Assembly (NCBI GenBank): GCA_963665325.3
Contig: CAXXWS020000002.1
Location: 384,001-448,000, forward strand
From: Alphaproteobacteria bacterium
GTDB lineage: Bacteria > Pseudomonadota > Alphaproteobacteria > Bin95
Direction of reading: 5' to 3'
DNA length: 64,000 nt
Shown here: positions 60,217-64,000 of the stretch, piece after piece
How positions within the stretch are numbered: the stretch's first letter is position 1
Layout of the letters: each line of letters opens with the position of its first letter
Translations under genes and position numbers: made by a program
The notes under the pieces: generated by a model
Seen by the model: the letters and a program-made list of their open reading frames with translations, nothing else
What the model was told of the DNA's origin: nothing
The model's database searches: none

Positions 60217-61757
60217 CCCGCCGTGGCAGCTGTCGGTTTGCGGACGAACAGGAGGAGGGGGACGCAGACGAACGCGGTGGCGGCGAAGAAGTAGAAGGCG
60301 TTGACGTATCCGATCATCTGCGCCTGGCGGCCGATCTCGCGGACCAGCGCCGCCATGCCGGCCCCGCCCTCCAGGCTCCACGGCCCTTCCGATGCGGCGC
60401 GGTCGAGGGCGTCATTATAAGGCGTCGCGAAGCTCGAAAGCTCCGAATAGCTCATCTTCGCCGTGTGGATCACCAGCGCCACAGACAGCGAGATGTGGAT
60501 CGACGAGCCGATGTTGCGCATCAGGTGGAAGACCGCCGTGCCTTCGGTCATGTCTCTTGGCGCCAGCGTCCAGAAGGTCGCGATGGACAGCGGCACCCAG
60601 ATCAGCCCGACGCCGAAGCCCTGCAGCATGGAGGTCCAGGCGACGCCGAAGGTGGTTAGATTGATATCGAACTGCGCCATCGCGAGTCCGGAAATGCCCT
60701 GCGTAAGGAAGCCGGCGAGCAGCAGCAGGCGCGGGTCGATCCGCTGGCCGTAGAACATGATGAACAGGAAGCCGCAAAGCGTGCCGAGGCCGCGTATGGC
60801 CAGCAGGTAGCCGATGATGCCGTCCGGATAGCCGCGCAGGCCCTGCAGCAGGGACGGGAACAACACCATGGGCGTGAAGTTGAGCAGGCCGAACACGAAT
60901 GTAAGCGCCAGCCCGATGACGAAGTTACGGTTGGTGAGAATACGCGGCTGCAGGAAGGGCCGGTCGGTCGTGAAGATGTGGGCGACGAACACGTAGAAGG
61001 CGAGGCAGGCGACGAACGCCTCCAGGATGATCTCGTTGTGGTTGAACCAGCCGAGCCGCTCGCCCCGGTCGAGCATCAGCTGCAGCGAGGCGATGGCGAG
61101 CGAGAGCGCGATAAAGCCCGTCCAGTCGAGCGTCGTTGGATGGCGCTGCGCGCGGCGGCGCACGAAGGCCGCGGCACACAGGAACGCGACCATGCCCACC
61201 GGCACCAGCAGGAAGAAGATCCACCGCCAGTTGTAGAGCTCAGTGACATAACCGCCGAGCGTTGGTGCGATGATCGGCCCGATGGTGACGCCGATCCCCC
61301 AGACCGCGAGCGCGGTGCCGTGGCGCTCGCGCGGGAAGATCGTCATCACGATGGCCTGGCTCACGGGCACCAGCGGCGCGCCGGCGAGGCCCTGCAGGAT
61401 ACGGAAGAAGACCAGTTGCTCCAGGCTCTCGGCGAGCCCGCATGCCGCGGAGACCACCGTGAAGATCGCGATACCCCAGACCATCACATTGCGCCGCCCG
61501 ACCTTCTCGGCGAGCCAGCCGGTGGCCGGCGTCATCACGGCCGTGGCGATGATGTTGAAGGTGACCACCCAGGCGATCTCGTCCTGCGTCGCGCCGAATG
61601 TGCCCTGCATCTTGGGCAGCGCGACATTGGCGATCGTCACGGTCATCGCATAGAGCGTGGTGGCGAGCGTCACCGTCACCAGCGTCAGCCAACGCTGAAG
61701 CTCGCTGTATTCCGGCTGCGCGGCGGCAGGGCTCGCAGGGGCGGCGGTGTCGGACAT
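60213..61757 (-). CDS. DHA2 (EmrB/QacA) MFS efflux transporter
   Basis: TIANVALP.MQG, WVVT, FFRILQG, GPIIAPTLGG, WRWIF, LQLMLDRGE..WF. Confidence 0.93.
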   Translation of the reverse strand: MSDTAAPASPAAAQPEYSELQRWLTLVTVTLATTLYAMTVTIANVALPKMQGTFGATQDEIAWVVTFNIIATAVMTPATGWLAEKVGRRNVMVWGIAIFTVVSAACGLAESLEQLVFFRILQGLAGAPLVPVSQAIVMTIFPRERHGTALAVWGIGVTIGPIIAPTLGGYVTELYNWRWIFFLLVPVGMVAFLCAAAFVRRRAQRHPTTLDWTGFIALSLAIASLQLMLDRGERLGWFNHNEIILEAFVACLAFYVFVAHIFTTDRPFLQPRILTNRNFVIGLALTFVFGLLNFTPMVLFPSLLQGLRGYPDGIIGYLLAIRGLGTLCGFLFIMFYGQRIDPRLLLLAGFLTQGISGLAMAQFDINLTTFGVAWTSMLQGFGVGLIWVPLSIATFWTLAPRDMTEGTAVFHLMRNIGSSIHISLSVALVIHTAKMSYSELSSFATPYNDALDRAASEGPWSLEGGAGMAALVREIGRQAQMIGYVNAFYFFAATAFVCVPLLLFVRKPTAATAG

Positions 61758-61764
61758 GGGCCGC

Positions 61765-61797
61765 GCGGCTTATACGCCTCGCGCCCGGCGCGCGCTA
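61765..61797. repeat. 33-bp direct repeat, left copy
   Basis: gcggcttatacgcctcgcgcccggcgcgcgcta; 32/33 identical to 63087-63119. Confidence 0.95.
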
Positions 61798-61807
61798 CGG
61801 CGGGCGG

Positions 61808-63064
61808 CTACCCTCCGTCGGCGTCCGGCTGCGGGAACTTGTCTTTCAGGAATCGCTCGATCCGGTCGAGCAGCTCGTTAAGGTCTGCCCCGCCCACGCT
61901 CTCCCAGTCCCACCCGGCCAACGCCAGAGCGTCGATAACCTCCTGTTCGTCCAAGTCCGGAAAGAACTCCACAAACTCCTTTGGGCCAACACCGATATGC
62001 AACGTGCCGCCGTCGTCGCCGAAGTCCGGTCGCGCGTACATCAGGAACCGGGTGCGGTTGGCCGGCGGCGCGATTCTCACGGATGCTCGTTGCGGCTGGA
62101 CCGCGAGACCGGCCTTCTCCGCCATCTCCACGAAGCGGTCGAACTGCCTACCGACATCCGCATCGACAGCCCGGCGACGGATTGCTTCAACCGTGAACTT
62201 ACGGCGCGGAGCTGGCGGCTCGGGCACGGATACCTCGATCAGCAACCGGCAATGGTCGCTCGGCCCCCATTCCTCGATGTCGTTGAGCGCCCGCACCGTC
62301 ACTTGTTCGTGGAAGCCGCGCGAGGCGAAGGCGGAATCGAGTTGACCGCTGGCTTTTTCCGGAGATTGCGCACGGGTGTAGTAGGTCGGGATGTTTTTCG
62401 TGCCGGCCGGCTCAGCGGGTTGGGGCATCGCACGGCCGTTCGGCACCTGCGGTCCGAGAAACTCGAAGCCGAGTGCATCGAAGCGATCCCAAACCGTGCG
62501 ATCCGTCCTGTTCCACCCCTGCTCGCAATCCGTCGTCCTGTACCACATGTTCAGGTCGCCTGCGGCGAGAATGCGGTGTCGGGGCGGGTCCACGTCGTCG
62601 ACAAAGACCGACAGGTCCGAGAGGATGCGGTGCGCTGAACGGTCTGCATGAATCCCGGGGCGCTTTCTTCGCGTGGTCGGATGAGCCCTCAGCCATCGTG
62701 CATACATGGATATGGCGATGAATGCTTCTTCCGGTCTGCGGCGGGGCGTTATCCTGGCGGCGGCTAAGGTCCCGATTCCGCTGACGCCGATTTCTCGCTC
62801 GCCCAACTCACTGAACGGCGGAACTTGCCGGAGCCACTCGACCTCAACCCGATCCGACAACTGCACGACCAGCGGCCAGCGGTCGTAGTAGGATCGATCC
62901 CAGAAAATGTCATTCTCACAGCGGAACAGATGCGCGAACTCGTCGGGCGGGCTTCCGGCCTCCTGCAACAGCGCGACATCCGCCTCTTCCCGCTCCGCCA
63001 TCTCCTTCAAACACTTCCAAGGCTCCATTCTCTTGTCGATATTCCAGCAGACAACCCTGACCAT
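61808..63064 (-). CDS. Endonuclease/exonuclease/phosphatase (EEP) family protein with extra C-terminal domain
   Basis: VCWNI, DVALLQEA, AGDLN, QLD.AFAS, SDHC; ~135-aa C-terminal extension; GGAGGGGG RBS. Confidence 0.85.
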   Translation of the reverse strand: MVRVVCWNIDKRMEPWKCLKEMAEREEADVALLQEAGSPPDEFAHLFRCENDIFWDRSYYDRWPLVVQLSDRVEVEWLRQVPPFSELGEREIGVSGIGTLAAARITPRRRPEEAFIAISMYARWLRAHPTTRRKRPGIHADRSAHRILSDLSVFVDDVDPPRHRILAAGDLNMWYRTTDCEQGWNRTDRTVWDRFDALGFEFLGPQVPNGRAMPQPAEPAGTKNIPTYYTRAQSPEKASGQLDSAFASRGFHEQVTVRALNDIEEWGPSDHCRLLIEVSVPEPPAPRRKFTVEAIRRRAVDADVGRQFDRFVEMAEKAGLAVQPQRASVRIAPPANRTRFLMYARPDFGDDGGTLHIGVGPKEFVEFFPDLDEQEVIDALALAGWDWESVGGADLNELLDRIERFLKDKFPQPDADGG

Positions 63065-63086
63065 AGTGCCCCCTCCGCCCGCGCCG

Positions 63087-63119
63087 GCGGCTTATACGCC
63101 TCGCGCCCGGTGCGCGCTA
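63087..63119. repeat. 33-bp direct repeat, right copy (overlaps the divergent promoter)
   Basis: gcggcttatacgcctcgcgcccggtgcgcgcta; carries TATAAG on the minus strand and runs into TATGCT on the plus strand. Confidence 0.95.
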
Positions 63120-63143
63120 TGCTGGCCCGCGAGAGGAGCGGAC

Positions 63144-63941
63144 ATGACCCCGGAATACGAGATCTACGGCCTGCGCTACGGGCGGGAGGATTTCCGCCCG
63201 GAGAGCGAGATGTATATCGACGGCGACCCGGCGATACAGGCGCCCGGCCTCGACTTCTATTTCTGGGTCATCCGGGGCGGCGGGCGCGTCTGGGTGGTCG
63301 ATTGCGGCTATGCGGTGCGTGTCGGCGACCGGCTGGGCCACGACACGCTTTACGACCCGGCAGACGGCCTGCGCCGCCTGGGCATCGACCCCGCCACGGT
63401 TTCGGACGTCATCGTCACCCACTGCCACTACGACCATGTCGGGAATCTGGAAGCCTTCCCGCAGGCCACGTTCCACATTCAGGACCGGGAGATGCTGACC
63501 GTCACCGGACGCGACGTGACCCATCCGGCGCTCAAGATGTACGGCAAGCGCAACGCGCTCACACTGGTGGGGCTGAACTATGACGGGCAGTGCCGTTTCT
63601 ACGACGGCGACGGCGAGCTCGCGCCCGGCCTCTCGCAGATTCTGATCGGCGGCCATTCGCGCGGCCAGATCGCGCTGGAGGTGGCGACGCGGCGCGGGCC
63701 GGTGATCGTCGCCTCGGATGCCGTGCATCTCTATGAGGAGATGGAGCAGGTGCGGCCCTTCCGTGTCTTCTACGACCTGCGGGAAATGCTGGAAGGCTAC
63801 CGGACGCTGCAGGACCGTGCGCTCTCCCGCGACCATCTGATCCCCGGCCACGACCCGGAACTCGTGCGGCGCTTTCCGGCAGCTGCTCCGGAGTTCGCCG
63901 GCGAGATCCTGCGGTTCGACCTGGAGCCGGCACCGGCATGA
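63144..63941 (+). CDS. Metallo-beta-lactamase fold hydrolase (N-acyl homoserine lactonase-like)
   Basis: VDCG, THCHYDH, GGHS.G, ASDA.H, PGHD. Confidence 0.9.
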   Translation: MTPEYEIYGLRYGREDFRPESEMYIDGDPAIQAPGLDFYFWVIRGGGRVWVVDCGYAVRVGDRLGHDTLYDPADGLRRLGIDPATVSDVIVTHCHYDHVGNLEAFPQATFHIQDREMLTVTGRDVTHPALKMYGKRNALTLVGLNYDGQCRFYDGDGELAPGLSQILIGGHSRGQIALEVATRRGPVIVASDAVHLYEEMEQVRPFRVFYDLREMLEGYRTLQDRALSRDHLIPGHDPELVRRFPAAAPEFAGEILRFDLEPAPA

Positions 63942-64000
63942 TCGTCGAACGCCGCGAGAGCTGGGAGGCGGTCCGGGCGGCATTCCGCTGGCAGGTGCCG
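63938..64000 (+). CDS. Start of a probable acyl-CoA synthetase (AMP-binding), truncated by the window edge
   Basis: ATGA overlap with the previous stop; MIVERRESWEAVRAAFRWQVP resembles the FRW..P N-terminus of these ligases. Confidence 0.5.
   Translation, partial: MIVERRESWEAVRAAFRWQVP

Overview
This 64 kb window is high-GC (roughly 68-70% by eye) chromosomal DNA from an alphaproteobacterium, probably Rhodospirillales-like (inferred from gene order and the EF-P and IspG sequences). Positions 1-24 kb are mostly core genes: rodZ-ispG-hisS-prfA-prmC, a valine/isobutyrate catabolic trio, an SDR, an amidinotransferase, an Ldh_2 enzyme, efp-suhB-OmpA-MotA-like-guaA, moeA/fdhD/mobA, xth, erpA and ornithine decarboxylase. 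Positions 24-46 kb are an accessory catabolic patchwork: CoA-transferase, ureohydrolase, two 2OG oxygenases, amidohydrolases, hydantoinase A/B, an orphan Mo-hydroxylase large subunit, OCD, DUF2182, DUF1326, AraC, an orphan RsbW, EthD and SDRs. Positions 46-52 kb hold a PcfJ-domain protein, DUF6969, MntA-HepT, an adenylate cyclase and Phd-PIN. Positions 52-64 kb hold a thrC-like gene, MlrC, a NitT/TauT ABC transporter with a two-subunit Fe-S hydro-lyase, an MFS pump, an EEP nuclease and an MBL hydrolase. I saw no tRNA, rRNA, CRISPR array or transposase. The most unusual signals are non-genic: (i) a ~420 bp intergenic element at 55.44-55.86 kb with a promoter, extensive base pairing and helically phased 10-bp repeats; (ii) an EEP nuclease gene bracketed by 33-bp direct repeats that duplicate a promoter; (iii) a structured leader with a uORF upstream of ornithine decarboxylase; (iv) TA modules framed by short inverted repeats. 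All family assignments come from motif recognition by eye, not database searches.
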